DNA of 63,711 bases, counting the filler, from Octopus bimaculoides (Eukaryota): assembly GCF_001194135.2 (NCBI RefSeq). It is 6 parts of 6 records of this genome, joined end to end, with 100 filler letters (N's around TTAATTAATTAA, not from the genome) between each part and the next. Parts side by side here need not be neighbours in the genome. Positions count along the whole stretch, not along the records: positions 15,480 to 34,568 come from NC_068989.1; positions 34,669 to 44,601 come from NC_068982.1; 4 more parts are not named here. One strand, 5' to 3'. The notes beneath the pieces were generated by a model. It ran no database searches, was not told where the DNA came from, and worked only from the letters and a program-made list of their open reading frames with translations. The position numbers and the translations under genes are program-made. Positions 25,753 through 41,169 of the stretch are shown piece by piece (the stretch's first letter is position 1; the number at the start of each line of letters is the position of its first letter).

Positions 25753-26227
25753 ACCAGATCTGATCAGTAAGTGTCTGTGCAAAAGAAAATCGGCTGCGAC
25801 CGTTCTATTTTGTTTCCATTTTATTCAAGGATAATGAATTTAAGTCTAGGTTACGCAACATAAACTTTCCTTTGATACAGGAGGATATTAGGCTTCCACT
25901 TTTTGTACGTCAAACCCTCAGCATGTTCAATTGTTACATATACAAGTTACTTACAGATTATCGGGATTCCAATTTGCATAGAAAAGGAAACGTCTTTGAC
26001 TTAAGTATTAGAGTATGACATATAATTGCTTAATAAAAACCCTTAATTATAAAATGCACACAACCTTTCTTTTCAGATATTATCTGGTTAGGTACATGGA
26101 CAAGTGTCAGTAAATCTACTTGGACCTATTGGAGGTTTAGCGTCCTTATACAATTTCCTCATCCTGATGTCCACATCCTGATGACCTCATCCTGTCGGCC
26201 TCATACTGACAACCAGTTTGTGTCCAG
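25753..26227 (+). other. Candidate exons of an unidentified spliced transcript: microexon 25753(or 25758)-25766 and exon 26077-26227
   Basis: Long pyrimidine tract ...ttttgcattttcttcccAG|accagatctgatca|GTAAGT, and ctttcttttcAG|...gtccag|GTAACA. One frame of 26077-26227 is open, but the exon holds a 14-bp tandem repeat, which argues against coding. Confidence 0.35.
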
Positions 26228-28049
26228 GTAACAACAGCTTATCCGGGGTTAATAACGCTTGATACGAAACCAAAAGCTCTGTAGAGGGTCTATCATGCAA
26301 TTTTTCTGTTTTTAACCTTAATAGCTTCGCCCGCGACCTGTCATCAAATTTTCCACATTAATCCACCACCGCAGTATATTTTTAAATGTTCTTATATCTC
26401 TCACCTTATTACGTTCTTTCCAAAAACTGAAAGGTTTTAGCAAATTCAGATGAGGGATATTTTTGTTGTTAGACAATATCTTGCCTTAGTAATGCTGGGG
26501 CGACAGGTTTGGGGAGCTTCAGTTGCTCTCAAATTAATGTTGCACTCTTGCAGTTTTGTGCTGTTGTTAGGAAGCCTGGGGAAGTGATCTGATATCTGAC
26601 ATTGCCTGGAAACCAGCCTTCACAAGCTCTGAAAGGAGGGCAATACATCAAGTTGTAGATATTGAATGCATAATATAAAACTTATATATTGAGGGCTGCA
26701 ATAAAGAGAGTATATATGAAGGACTGAAAACAATTCCTCTTTTTAACAATATTTTCAGAAATATTTTAATAATTCTAAAAATATTACTTTAGTTTCTTTA
26801 CTTGTTTTAACACTTCAGTAAAGCATAAACAATAAAGTTCCTATGAATTAGATATGAAACAAAACGCTATTTTCATATAAATTTGTAGCATTTATTGTTT
26901 CTATCATAAAACGTTAACTATATTTTGTATCTTTCAATAACATTTCTGGTATTCAGAAAAATTAAAGATACATTTCCTCCGTGTTTATTTTTCTCTTTCT
27001 TTTTCTTTTCTTTAAACTGCGTTAACAATGTTGTTTGATGTATACATTTCAAAATCTCAATTTACCATGAAATAGGAAATTGTAATATTGATTTTGAAGA
27101 AAAGATGATAACGTTTACCCTTATGAAATATCTCACCCGATTTTCTCAGTCACTGCTAATAAGTAACAAATATACTTGCATAATACTCACAAATATTCAT
27201 ATATCTATGCAACTATTTCTGTACACACACAAACACACACACACAAACATGCACACCCTTACACATACACTCACACATACACTCACTCACACGCACACAC
27301 GCACGCACACAAGCACACGCACACAATCACACACATATATATACAATTAAAGTTACTAAACTATAGTGTTAAAACACTCACTGCAACGGTACAGATGTGA
27401 ATACGTCTGCTAATTATATCCGAATAGAGAAAAATAAACGACATTCTCCGGACATATTTCAAGCTTTGTTGACTCGATCACCCATGATCTATTACTGTCT
27501 TTCTGCACAGAGGAACAAGTGGTTTTACAGCTCTTCTAATTAGTCATAATTCAACTGCAAAACATGTCCGGGCAATCTCCTCTAATATTTGTTATTCTCC
27601 ATAAAATGTAATTATGGATATATGACTGTGTGTATGTTTCTGTATATGTGTGTGTTTAAAATTCCGTATTAAAATGTAGATTAAATATTTGAGTCTTACC
27701 GCGTAATGAAAATTTTGTAAAGCATTTCAAAATGTACTCTACAAACCAGCTGTATGTACGACAATTCCTTGTCTTTATCATAGGCTTTCAAATACACATT
27801 AAGTCACACGTAATCCATATCTAGTCATTTTAGCAGAATCATTGGTGCATCACAGGAAATGTGTAATATATATTTCTTGCTATCTACCTTCTGAATTAAA
27901 ATTCCTTCAACTTTGAATTGCCTTCATTCATTTCAATATCGATAAAAAATGGTAGACAAGTACTTTGGAGGTGATGTAATCAACCTACACCTTTCCCTAA
28001 GATTGATGGCCTTATGTCAATATTTGAAATTATTATCATCATCATCATC

Positions 28050-28121
<72 letters not shown>

Positions 28122-28128
28122 GTTGTTG

Positions 28129-28423
28129 AGTAGTTTTATTTTTATAACGTGCTTTCACTTCACTACCGAGCGCAGCTCTGTGTGCCTTGGTTATGTGCTG
28201 TGGTTTGCTGTGATGCTCTTATGGTTACTGTATTGAAAGTGTTTTGTGTAGGATGTGTGCAGTGCCCAATAGTGCAATTTTCTGTATGTTATATATATTT
28301 GTAAGTCCTGGTGTTTTTGTTATGTATTTGTCTGAATATTATTTTATCATACCTAAGGCGCCTACTATGATAGGAATTGTTTCTGTTTTTAGATTACACA
28401 TTCGAGTTACCTCTATTTCCAGG
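28129..28423 (-). mobile_element. R4/Dong-like 3' fragment flanked by (ATT)n
   Basis: Near-identical reverse complement of 24005-24281. Confidence 0.85.
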
Positions 28424-28425
28424 TA

Positions 28426-28536
<111 letters not shown>

Positions 28537-28543
28537 AATTATA

Positions 28544-28576
<33 letters not shown>

Positions 28577-28592
28577 GTTGTTGTTGTTGTTG

Positions 28593-28629
<37 letters not shown>

Positions 28630-28651
28630 CATCATCATCATCATCATTATC

Positions 28652-28800
28652 CGCTCGTCTTTATGTTCTGAGCTTAAATTAAACTGTGGTCGACTTTGCC
28701 ATTCATAAAATAAATACCAGCTGACTGCTGGTGTCGATGTAATCGACTGTCGCCCTTCCCTCAAAATTTCGAGCCTTGTTTCTATTGTAGAAAGTATTAT
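28652..28800 (+). mobile_element. SINE family C, diverged
   Basis: gtctttatgttctgagc...gtcgactttgccattcat...gtcgatgtaatcgact resembles the family C copies at 24699 and 52498. Confidence 0.6.
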
Positions 28801-31592
28801 TAAGCTTATTACGGTTGTTTTCGTTGTCGTTGTTGTTGTTGTTGTTGCTGTTGCCAGTGTTGCTGTTGTTGTTGCATATGTTGCATATGCTTCTGCAACT
28901 GTTGATGATGCTACTGATGTTGTCTTTCGTAAGATTTGCTATTGCGCATGTTCGGCGTTGTATATCGTAATGAGGACACGATTCAGAAACTCACGTACTT
29001 TGAAGGCGCATTTGCCGAAAGGAAAGCTTCAGTGCCTTGGTTGATGATTTGGGTCATAAAAATGATTGTAGAGTCAAATATGTACGACAGAAGTATTGAT
29101 CTGAAGCATCTCTTGCGGTCGTTTACTTTGTAACAACAACGCTCGCAAGTGCTGTATCAGTATGTGTATATATAAATTTTTTTTTCAGAATGAGGTAAAA
29201 AACCCTTGATTTAATTAATAGCACTGTGTACAAACTCTCTACTTGGAATGACCAATTTTAAATACTATTGGAATTTACTCACAAGGTATTGAAATTTTAT
29301 ATGTATACTATTCTGCCTAAATAATGGATCTGTAAATGCAAAATGCTTGCATATCTTACATCTATTTTCATTCCTCCACTTCACTTTCTATTTCATATCT
29401 TATCAAAATGAACTATTGCTTAACCATTGTCTCACAACGTCTCCGATGAAGGAATATAATAGATATCCTGGAAACGTGGGGGTAGTCTGTCTGGTAATTG
29501 CCCAACCAGTGTTGGTGTGTTTACGTCACCGTAATTTAGGGGCTCGCCAAAACATGCCGATAGAATAGGTACTAGGTTTTAGAAAAAAGTCCTGCAGTCG
29601 ATCTTTTAATTAAAATGCTTCAAGGCGGTTGCCCAATGTGGCCTCAGTCAAATGACTGAAACAACTAAAAGAATAAAAGCATAGATATATATATATATAA
29701 CGGTAGGATCAAGGTATCGAGGAAAAGGAAGAAAGTTAGCTTCAAGCAATCGGTAGTAAATATAAAAAACAACTTTCAGGGACAATAGTGGTTTATCGAG
29801 ACAGGTTCGTGGATTTTTTTCGTAGGCGACTTTGTTTGCCGCGTGTGCTAATTAGAATGTACGAGTTACGGAATGGAGTAGGTAAGATCCGGGTTACATA
29901 TGTTTCATAGGGAGCGGAACCTCAAAAGTGTTAAAAATACAAACGCGGTGTATAGCGCCGGCTACTCTTCAGGTCCAGTATGTTTTGGTTAAATTACAGG
30001 TTACATTGTCGCAAGGATACACATGTTAACGCATGGATGATTCAATCAGAATCTGCTTGAGTCTTCCATGCCTCAACATGTACATCCTTGCCACAATGTA
30101 ACATATGTTGCCCGACGTATCTTACATACTCCATTGCGTAACTCTTGTGTTTATATATATATATATATATATNNNNNNNNNNNNNNNNNNNNNNNNNNNN
30201 NNNNNNNNNNNNNNNNNNNNNNNNNNNNNNNNNNNNNNNNNNNNNNNNNNNNNNNNNNNNNNNNNNNNNNNNNNNNNNNNNNNNNNNNNNNNNNNNNNNN
30301 NNNNNNNNNNNNNNNNNNNNNNNNNATATATATATATATTATATATATATATTACGCACACATTACTCTGCGATTATTAAACATTAGTGAGCATGAAAAC
30401 ATCATATTAAAAGCCAGACTTCTAATATGTATTTGAATGTATATGATTTTGAATTCCTTGATAATACAATTATATGAAATTATATCAAAGCATTGCTGCA
30501 ACTTCTGTCCTAAAAAATAAAATTTTAATAACTGGCATTGTGTTAGATCTATAATTAAAATAAATCGACATAAACAATGTAATACTGTTGAATAATATAA
30601 TGATCGTGGATACACAAATTGCAAACTTACTTGTTATGTCTCACTTGGAATAAATAAATAAAAAATATGCGTTATTATAATTTAAACTAGATATTTATTT
30701 ATCCATTTTATATGTGGATATACGCGGCTATTTAAAGACATGTTCTTCTCAAGTCAGTTTCAAATGTAGCTGTGAATATAGATATGTAATATTGTATTAT
30801 GCATGTATAGCTGATAACTTTTACATAACGCCAGCTGTCACTTGCTAGGCTAATATAGCTTGATAGCATGTATCACGATATCGCTAGTTGTTTTAGGTAC
30901 TTATAATACACCGAAGAAGCCAAAATAGTTTCTCGGCTACCTCGGCAGAGTGCATAGTTCATTAGTAGATGTATATGTTTGAATCGTAATACAGATATCA
31001 TTTTGATGCTTTACCTACTGATACGTGTGAGTAAACCAGAGCCGTACGAGTCAGAGCTATATTTGAAGAAACAGCTTCTGATAACTTGTGTGTGTGTGTG
31101 CGCGTGTGTGTGTGCATGCGTGCATGCGTGTGTGTGTGTGTGTATGAGTGTGTGTGTGTGTGCGTGTGCGTGCGTGTGTGTTTGCCTTTGCGACTTTTTC
31201 AGGCTCTGTATAGATCCCAGATCAAAATTCGGAAATACAGAAAAGATGAAGAAGAAGAAGAATTGCGCCAATAACAAACAACCCAGATTCAGAATTTTTC
31301 CTCTCTATGAATTAAGGGACGATGAAATCTATAGTTAGCGCATTAGTAAGGAGTCATACTTTATCACAATATATAAGCCGCTTTTCAAAGCGTCCACCAC
31401 TAATGACACTATTACAAGGGCCTTAGAATAATACCCCAATATACTCAGAAACGTCACTACTCATGAATTGATTCAGAACAATTCCAGTCACTACTATTAG
31501 AACCACAACGGGTCACTTTTAGATCACTTGACCATATCAGAGGATTTCACCAAGATCCTGCTACTGTCATACCACTCCCACATTTTTATTAT

Positions 31593-31611
31593 TCTTTCTT
31601 CTTCTTCCTCT

Positions 31612-31643
<32 letters not shown>

Positions 31644-31715
31644 TTCTTCTTCTTCTTCTTCTTCTTCTTCTTCTTCTTCTTCTTCTTCTTCTTCTTCTTC
31701 TTCTTCTTCTTCCTC
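31593..31715. repeat. (TTC)n/(TCC)n microsatellite
   Basis: Directly visible; produces a spurious poly-Ser ORF. Confidence 0.95.
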
Positions 31716-34194
31716 CTCCGCCTCCTCTGCTTAAACAATCAAAAACAAAAATTCATATCAAACTATTACGACCAGTCGCCTACTACCTAGAACTCACATG
31801 AGTAAAACGAAGAGAGACANNNNNNNNNNNNNNNNNNNNNNNNNNNNNNNNNNNNNNNNNNNNNNNNNNNNNNNNNNNNNNNNNNNNNNNNNNNNNNNNN
31901 NNNNNNNNNNNNNNNNNNNNNNNNNNNNNNNNNNNNNNNNNNNNNNNNNNNNNNNNNNNNNNNNNNNNNNNNNNNNNNNNNNNNNNNNNNNNNNNNNNNN
32001 NNNNNNNNNNNNNNNNNNNNNNNNNNNNNNNNNNNNNNNNNNNNNNNNNNNNNNNNNNNNNNNNNNNNNNNNNNNNNNNNNNNNNNNNNNNNNNNNNNNN
32101 NNNNNNNNNNNNNNNNNNNNNNNNNNNNNNNNNNNNNNNNNNNNNNNNNNNNNNNNNNNNNNNNNNNNNNNNNNNNNNNNNNNNNNNNNNNNNNNNNNNN
32201 NNNNNNNNNNNNNNNNNNNNNNNNNNNNNNNNNNNNNNNNNNNNNNNNNNNNNNNNNNNNNNNNNNNNNNNNNNNNNNNNNNNNNNNNNTATATATATAT
32301 ATATATATATATATTTATTTATATATGGTTATGTCTATGCTCATGTAACGTGTATTGTATATCCTTATGCATAAATTAGGTACGTGATGCTATGAACAAA
32401 TACCTCCTTGCTGGAACAGTAGAAGCGCTGCAGAGCATTGAAAGTGTCATGAGCCAACAACTGTCTAGGTTACACAACAAACGCTTTTCTCTATGAAAAC
32501 AGTCAGACAAATAGAACGGCAGCGTTTGCAATTGAGACACTCTTATTCGTTCCTGCATTTTTCTCTCACCGCTTCTACCATATCCAAAGAAGAGCTTAGG
32601 CTCGAAAAGTAAAATCTACTTTTCAGTTTTCCTTGACGTCAGATTAGTAAATTTTCCTGAGCATCAACCTAATACAAATTACGAATTAAAAGCAACGCTA
32701 CTAACGTAAACATTACCCATAGCATATACAAAATGTATGTTTATATGTCCATTTGCTGCGGGATATGGTTCAGAGAAAATACCCCACAGGACGACGAGTG
32801 TAAAGAACACCGTATGTGTCAGACCAGGTGACCGCTGATGTTTACTTAGCAAGAACAACTTTTAATTATTAGTTTAATTTTCTTTCACGTCAACAAGTAG
32901 ACTTCAACCTATTTGTATAAAACTCACATAGCAGCAATTTATTTCCTTTCGACGTAAACTGAGGACTTGTTATTGATGAGCAACAATAATGGCAATATAT
33001 CGACATCTACCATTCTCAGTCATTTAAAGCGTGTTATCTCTCCTACTCTGGGGCATTCGGTATACCTTAACACTCGCCGTACTGTAGGGAGCTCCCTCCG
33101 GATTCTATGTCCGATTAAAAAACACACATACACTTTGTATGTGTGACCGATACTATTTACGCGTGTGCACACATGCAAACACACGCACAAATATATACAT
33201 ATATATATATACTTAGTATATTTGCACTAATCACACTAAAATAACTAAAATATTATATACCCTATGAGCAAATTTCTGACAATAAATATTGGAATAAGCA
33301 TTATTACTATGTGTACTATATTAGACTTTATTATAAAAAAGTTTGTAACACATACATAAATTACATTATTATTCATGTAACTACATTTAATCAATAACCA
33401 TATTTACAAATTACTAATAACTAAATAGTGAATGATATGCAATCATATTAAAATATTATTATATTTATTTATCTATTTATTTATTTTCATGTTTATTTAT
33501 TCAGACATCTATTTTATTTTATTTTACATTATTTCATTTTTTTTTTCATATATATTTTGATACACATATTATTCTTTTTTTATTTCTTTTCAATATAATT
33601 ATATGTAGATGTGGATTTGAAGAAAGTTTTATACTTGTAAACGTGTGTATATAGCTGTTGCCAGTGTGGACTTAACTTTCACATGTATGTATACTTCAGT
33701 ATTAACAAATGTAAACAAATGTGTCTATATAAATATCGACATATGTAGAGATCTATGTGCACGTGAATATTTTATATGTATCATGATTTCTGCATTTTGA
33801 TATATATTGATATATATATATGGATGTGAAGGTATAGTTATAATTATACCTATTAATTTATATCTATGGCTCTAGTTGAATACATATCATTATATGTATA
33901 TAATATAATATGCGCATATATATATATTATATATATATATTTTTTTTTTTAGTGTATGTAAATGTATATATATAAGTATAAACTACTACGTGTGCGCTTT
34001 TCATAAGCACGTATAATTTTATATGGATCATTTAATGCGTACACTGCTAAAAAATTTATTTTATGGCCATTATTTATTTGTTATCCAATTACCTCATTTG
34101 TTTCTTCTTGATAATCTAATCTGTGCTCAGTTATAAGTTCATAAATATATAAACATATATGTGTATATATACATATATTTTTTATTTATTTATT

Positions 34195-34568
34195 TATGGG
34201 TTTCAGCCACCGTGATTTTCCGTCTTTATGCTGTGCTCTCTTCACGTTCCTTGCATGGCTCTTCTCCCCCACCTGATATGGTCCAATCAAGAGTTTTGAT
34301 GGCACATCTGGTGTATAAGAGAATTTGACATCGCTGCCCTAAACTGCGTCTCATTACGAGCCATTGGTTCGTCTGGTATCGTGGAGAGGAAAGCATCAAG
34401 TTTTGTCTTGAAGACCTCCGCATCCATGTCTTGCATGTCTCTCAAATGTTTTGGCAGGGCATTGAAGAGCTGAAGTCCTCTGAAACCGAGGCTGCTGCAG
34501 TATCTCGTTCTTATGTGAGATGCAGTGGACGGCACCTTTAGCACCATGCAGTGGCGACCCGTGCGGGC
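34195..34568 (-). mobile_element. CR1/L2-type LINE 3' end
   Basis: SLGFRGLQLFNALPKHLRDMQDMDAEVFKTKLDAFLSTIPDEP...AMSNSLIHQ. Confidence 0.8.
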
Positions 34569-36051
34569 NNNNNNNNNNNNNNNNNNNNNNNNNNNNNNNN
34601 NNNNNNNNNNNNTTAATTAATTAANNNNNNNNNNNNNNNNNNNNNNNNNNNNNNNNNNNNNNNNNNNNGAGACACTCTTGAATTGTGTACTGAGCACTTC
34701 ACTTATCCATATATATATATATAAACTAAACTAAATTATTTGGAAACGTAATTCCGTAAAAGAATGCTTTTAAAATTGTCAGTAAGTCCTAAAGAATCCA
34801 GTATTTTGCGCTTTGATTTACTGGAGTTGGATTGAAGCGGGTATGTTTTTATATTGGTTTTAGGAATATAAAATATAAACTCTGGGTTTGGGGGTGGGAT
34901 TATCTACTACGTATATTTCCTATTTAGTACTGGGGATGTTTCATTTATGAGGACGTACTCCTGTATTTGTCTGAGTGTTGGGTTCTTTGGATGCTTAGAT
35001 AAAATGCGGATGTCAAGTTGACCCCGGTTGCCTACATGTTAGTCCTTGGCATGTTGATAGAGTATGGAGGACTGCTTTTTGTCGTCATATTTTCTCAAAT
35101 GTTCATTTAGTCTTTCCGCAATGCTCCTAGATGTTTCCCCTATGTGTCCCCTATGTATGTCATGTCATGAACATGACATACATATATACATACGCGCACA
35201 CACACACACGCACAATCATACATGCATACACACACTTGCATACATGCGTGCATACCTACCTACCTATCTACCTACATAAATACATACATACATACATACA
35301 TGTGTATGCGCACACACACTGACCCACACACATGCGCACAAACAAGCAAAAATAATGCAGCTTGAACACCGGACAGTGTCAACAACTATTGAAAAGGTTG
35401 CAATACGCAACGAAAATTTTAGAAAAANNNNNNNNNNGTCAGCACATGATAAATAGATTGGTATACAGCCAGACAGACAGACTGTGAGGATAAAATATTT
35501 TATGACAGATTTACCGCTGATGTATTAGGCAACTTTAGGCGCCTATGGTCCGTAGGTTAAGAAATTGGCTGCACCACCACAAGGTCCCGGATTCGACCCC
35601 ACTCTACAGCATCTGTCGTAGCTGCTACTTTATATATCCCCATATTAATCCTTATCCAGTCAGTTAAACTGAACACTGCACAGAAACTTTATGGAAGCCA
35701 GAAGGCTCTTTGAACCTTTAATTCAAACTTTATGGTCTTGTCATGCACACTGCATCGCGGTGATTCCACATGAGAATTACATTAAGAGTATATACACCTG
35801 TCGAATGGACATCAATCAAGAGCATATAAACAGGTTATTCGAACAACTGAATCATCGTTATCAATAGACGGGAATCCACCAAATTGGTATAGTGATGTAT
35901 TGACACGATCCGTAATGATGTCAAGATACTATTACAAAGTGATCAAATTACAATGATGTAATTACCTGCAATGAATTTTCCGCAATAAATTTATAGCAAA
36001 CTTGATGAAATGCTTCCCATATGTGACCATCTTGCATTTTATTCAAGTATA

Positions 36052-36744
36052 TTGTTGTTGGCACTCCGTCGCTTACGACGTCGAGGGTTCCAGTTGATCC
36101 GATCAACGGAACAGCCTGCTCGTAAAATTAATGTGCAAGTGGCTGAGCACTCCACAGACACGTGTACCTTTAACGTAGTTCTCGGGAATATTCAGCGTGA
36201 CAAGGCTGGCCCTTTGAATTACAGGCACAACAGAAACAGGAAGTAAGAATGAGAGAAAGTTCTGCTGAAAGAGTACAGCAGGGTTCGCCACCATCCCCTG
36301 CCGGAGCCTCGTGGAGCTTTAGGTGTTTTCGCTCAATAAACACTCACAACGCCCGGTCTGGGAATCGAAACNNNNNNNNNNTCCGTCGCTTACGACGTCG
36401 AGGGTTCCAGTTGATCCGATCAACGGAACAGCCTGCTCGTAAAATTAATGTGCAAGTGGCTGAGCACTCCACAGACACGTGTACCTTTAACGTAGTTCTC
36501 GGGAATATTCAGCGTGACAAGGCTGGCCCTTTGAATTACAGGCACAACAGAAACAGGAAGTAAGAATGAGAGAAAGTTCTGCTGAAAGAGTACAGCAGGG
36601 TTCGCCACCATCCCCTGCCGGAGCCTCGTGGAGCTTTAGGTGTTTTCGCTCAATAAACACTCACAACGCCCGGTCTGGGAATCGAAACCGCGATCCTATG
36701 ACCCCGACTCCGCTGCCCTAACCACTGGGCCATTGCGCCTCCAC
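36052..36744 (-). mobile_element. tRNA-derived SINE, family B, full length with an 11-bp TSD; internal 307-bp duplication across a 10-N gap
   Basis: Head GGAGGCGCAATGGCCCAGTGGTTAGGGC...GGTTTCGATTCCC (A and B boxes). TSD ATTCAAGTATA at 36041-36051 and 36745-36755. 36065-36371 is identical to 36382-36688. Confidence 0.9.
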
Positions 36745-37401
36745 ATTCAAGTATAGTCTATCTAATATTTCATTATCTTATTTTATCCTTCTTTCTTTTT
36801 AAGATAATAGAATGTAGTTCGAAGGTTATTTGTTGTTATTTTTAGCAGGTGGATTGGCCATGTAGTGACACCCTCCATTATCTCGATAATCTTTCGGTCT
36901 ATAGGTTTAGTCTAGTCATTGGTTACACTTAGATTTTTCGCTGCTTCTCTTAAAGATTCAATCGCCAAGGTTCATGTCATTTAGCCCCAGGTCAGGACAC
37001 AATATTTTAAAATGTTACTGCTATGATCAATCATCCCATCTTTTATTCAGATGTGGTGCATTATAGACTGTTTCATTCCACTATTTTGAAGACGATAGAA
37101 TTTTATATGGAGATTTGTCTGTTATTTCTAGCAGGTCGAACGGCCACGTAGGGGCTCCATTGCTGTCACATGTTGTTATTAATGTTGTTAGTTCATTTGC
37201 AATGTTACACTGTGGCTTTTATTCTTTTTACTCTTTTTTTTTTCTGTAACAACATTAAAATTACTGTAGCTGTAATTCTATTATCAAGTGAAATTCAGCA
37301 TAGCAGATCCAGCATGCAGCCATCAACTACCAACGTGCTTAGCACTGCACACTCACAACATCCGCACTGTATAGACAGTGCATCTCTCCCCATCTCTCTC
37401 T

Positions 37402-37438
<37 letters not shown>

Positions 37439-38499
37439 TCTTTCACTCTCTTTATTTCTCTGTCCCTCTCTCTCTCTTTCTCTTTCCCACTCTCTCTCAC
37501 TTTCTCTCCCTCCCTTTATATGCATGCGTCTTTGTGAGTATGTGAGAGGGGTACATTTTATATCTCCTTATCTTTATCTATATTTCTTTCTTTCAAAGAC
37601 AACATAATACTTCTCATTCTTTGTTTTTCGTATTACGTTACAGTCACTTATAATTATCTTCTGCTCTCTTTCTCTTCTCTTTGTGTATGTCATAATTTTC
37701 TTTTCTTTCACTCTATCACTCACTCCCTCTCACTACCTTTTTATCACTTTTTCTCCTTCTTCCTTCTATATACACACGCATGTATGAGTTTGTAAATAAC
37801 AGATAGGCTTTGCCATCATGTGGCTCAGACAGAAAATATTTAGACGATAGTATCTATTCTTAAGCTTTACACTTAATCCGTTTCTCAGATTAACCCCACC
37901 ACCTGACCTTTGGGTTTTAAATATTCGGACCTAGTCACCAATTTGTGACTCATCTTCTGCCACAAATCTCAAAGACTACAAACATTTATCAGGCTAGAAA
38001 TACTGAGTCACTATCTAGATTGTAAGCGAGAGGAACCGAACTGCAGATGCAGTCATAAGTTGGGGGGCCACTTAATGTCGCTTATCATATTCATAAGCAA
38101 GTGGACTTTCGGGCATATGAAAGCTGTCCCAAAGGAATTGTTTGTCATGAAGATTCGTTTGCTGTATAAGTATATAGGTGAGAAATGTCACCTTTCTTCC
38201 GAGCTTCATTAGCGGCTTCATACATGTTCAATTGTAGTTTTAAATAGTTTACAATCTTCTTCCTATTTCTGTTAAGAGGTATTCTTTCTATGTCAATTCT
38301 TCGATGAGATTACTTGTAACCAGTTCATAATTGCAAAAGAGTGAGTCCTGTCTAAGGTCAGATTTGAGTCTTTCCTACTTTTGTGTGCGAGTTTCTTAAT
38401 TATGGTTGCGGAAATTTTGTGCATGCCTACGGTGTCTTTGTTTCTTTGGGGATAATGTGTAAAAAGTTAATTATCGTTAGGTGTATTTGCTTATAGCTT

Positions 38500-38720
38500 C
38501 CATAAAATCAAATTCGCAGGAAATAATTGGAAATGATATCTTTTTGAAATCTATAAATGGTATGAGCACTCACCATGTTCGAGACGGGTAAGTCAATCGT
38601 TTCTTTGCAATCTGTGACACGAGCGATAGAGTATTTTCTAAAGTTGTTACAGACGAATAATCGGACGAAGTCGTTTACCTCTGTTCCATCATAGTTCCCC
38701 ATAGAAATATCGAAAGGAAG
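38500..38720 (-). mobile_element. Degenerate Penelope-like RT fragment
   Basis: FDISMGNYDGTEVNDFVRLF resembles the FDVxMGSYDGAEVCELVGL motif of some PLE RTs. Confidence 0.5.
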
Positions 38721-38876
38721 GTGACACTCCATTTTTTTTTTTTTCACCAAGCTGCAAGCACCTTAATACGAAACTTTTCCGTCAACGAGATTTCAACTCC
38801 TGTAGCTATCGTACGGAAGCCGTCCTGTCATGCGATATATTCTGAACATTTTAAACCTGAATACATTCGATTTCTG

Positions 38877-38943
<67 letters not shown>

Positions 38944-39974
38944 CGCGCGTGTGTGTTTGTGTGTATGTATGTATATTCGTTTACTTGTTTCATTCATTTG
39001 AATACGGCCATGTTGGAGCACCGCCTTTAGTCGAGCAAATCGATCACAGAACTCATTCTTTGTAAAGATTATTCTTAGAATTGTTATTATAATTACTGGA
39101 CTTGAGCGTAAATTTGAAATTATCATTAAATTATTGCTAGTTTCTATTATCTTTATGTCCTATCGCATTTTCCATAAACTCATCCACGTTAAGCCTTGTT
39201 TATCAATCTTTCTATCTTTCTCTCCGCTACTCTCTTTAAGCATCTATTTCTAATCCCTTTCGCTCTTTATTTCTTTTTATTTGCTTGCGTAGATATCTCC
39301 CCCTATGCTTACCAGCTTTCAATTCCCCACTCAGTATCTCTGATTCACCCCTCTTTCCTATCTCTCACGTTCTCTGCCTCCGTATCTATATCTCTTTATC
39401 TATCTTTCTTTTTATCTTACTTTCTACCTATACCCATATCTTCACAACTCCCTCCTCTCTTCTAGGAATATCCTCTACTAGCACTATCTATGATGTTGGG
39501 TAGTAACGCCCTTCACTTAAACCGAACATCGATTTTCTTGTGAGACAGAGTATGAGCTTATTCTGAGTATTAGATAACTCAAGCACATTTATCACTGAGA
39601 GATTAACTGTGGACAGGAATAGATTGAATGTGTTTGTTTATCTGTACGTATATATGAAAGTGAGAGTGTTTGTAGTCATTTGACTTGATGTACGTCTATG
39701 TGTTTGTCAGCGTGTATAAATATATCGATATTCGTGTTATCTGTGTACAGCATATATAAAATCAAGACATTTATGTAAATATATGTATACATTATAAGTA
39801 TAAATCTGAGTGGAAATGTGTGTATGCATTTATATGTGTATATAAATAATTAATCGTGTGTGTGCTTGTGTATGTGCGTGTGTGCTTGTGTATGTGTGTG
39901 TATGCGTGCGCGCACGTGTGTGTGTAGAATATACATCTATATATATCAAATATACATTTATACCTATACATTAC

Positions 39975-40018
<44 letters not shown>

Positions 40019-40983
40019 TTTCACATATCTATTTATATGTATGTATGTGCCTATGCTAGTTTCTGTATCTGTATATGTCTGAATATTAATAAATTCTATA
40101 TATATATTTACTTTTGTATCCAAATGAAATGTTTTATCAATAATATGACATTTTTATTCAAATAATATCTGTTTGTGTGTACGTTTTATGGAATTGTATT
40201 ATTTCATCTTCGATTCTTTTCTCAAAATGATAGTCAAAATGACTGCAAGAGTGTAGCAACGAAAGTTTAAATTTACCAACTAACAAAACCTTTGAACGAC
40301 AGACCAAATAAGAAAATAAACAGAACGACAGAACTAGTGTATGGTTGGTTATGCGGACTGTGAAGCCGACAGAATATATAGGATAACATGAGTAAATCAA
40401 CAAGTTGACTACGAATACTTCGAGACTCTAGCGGCAGCCGAAACCGAACAGTAATGATACTCTTTCTTTAGTTGTTTATAAAGCCTCTCTACATATATGT
40501 AAAGTATTCACTGACACACAGACACACAGGCGCTCACAAAACTAAGACGCAGAGACACACAAACTGTCATATACTACACAGAGGCGCACACGCAAAACAT
40601 ACGGTCACACACTTATATATCTTTGGTGTGTGTATGGATTTGTCTGACCGTATGTCTGAATCTCTGTGTATGTGTGGTTGAGCATTTGTGTGTGAGTGTG
40701 TGTATTGGTTTACGTAAATATGTTTGCACAGAGTTTGACAAGTTGTAAGTTTACTGTTGTATAGCTATCGTAGAAACCTCCAAGATACCAGAAATAATGC
40801 TTTGTGTTTTAATACTGAAATTTTGCATTACATAGATGCGTTTTAGGAAGAGTGTAATTTATGGTTCAAATGGTACTCTCACTACAAACATCTTGTTAAC
40901 CGGTGATATTTGGTCGTGAGGGAGAGTTCGAAGTTCTTTGCAAAACACTTTTCAGAATTTAAACTGTATCTGGTACGTTAGTC

Positions 40984-41169
40984 CAGTACTCCGCAACCTT
41001 TTTTTTCACTTCGGTACACTTTTATTCTTTTCGAAATTCGGCGACACACCTAAATTAAAATATAATTAAAAGTATAAGGTAAAAAATTATATTTATATTA
41101 TACTGCGGCACACCTAGCATCATCTCGCAGCATACCAGTGTGCCACGGCATACCGGTTGCGGAGCACTG
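40984..41169. mobile_element. hAT-type MITE
   Basis: 15-bp TIRs cagtactccgcaacc and ggttgcggagcactg; 8-bp flanks cgttagtc and tgttagtg (6/8 match). Confidence 0.75.

Noticed and set aside
36065-36688. 307-bp tandem duplication as a biological repeat or CRISPR-like array
   Set aside because: The copies are identical, separated by exactly 10 N, and inside a single SINE with one TSD; this is an overlap artefact.
36690-36744. tRNA genes at SINE heads (also 46709, 58592, 59040 and 61690)
   Set aside because: They have A/B boxes but no complete cloverleaf and continue into SINE bodies.
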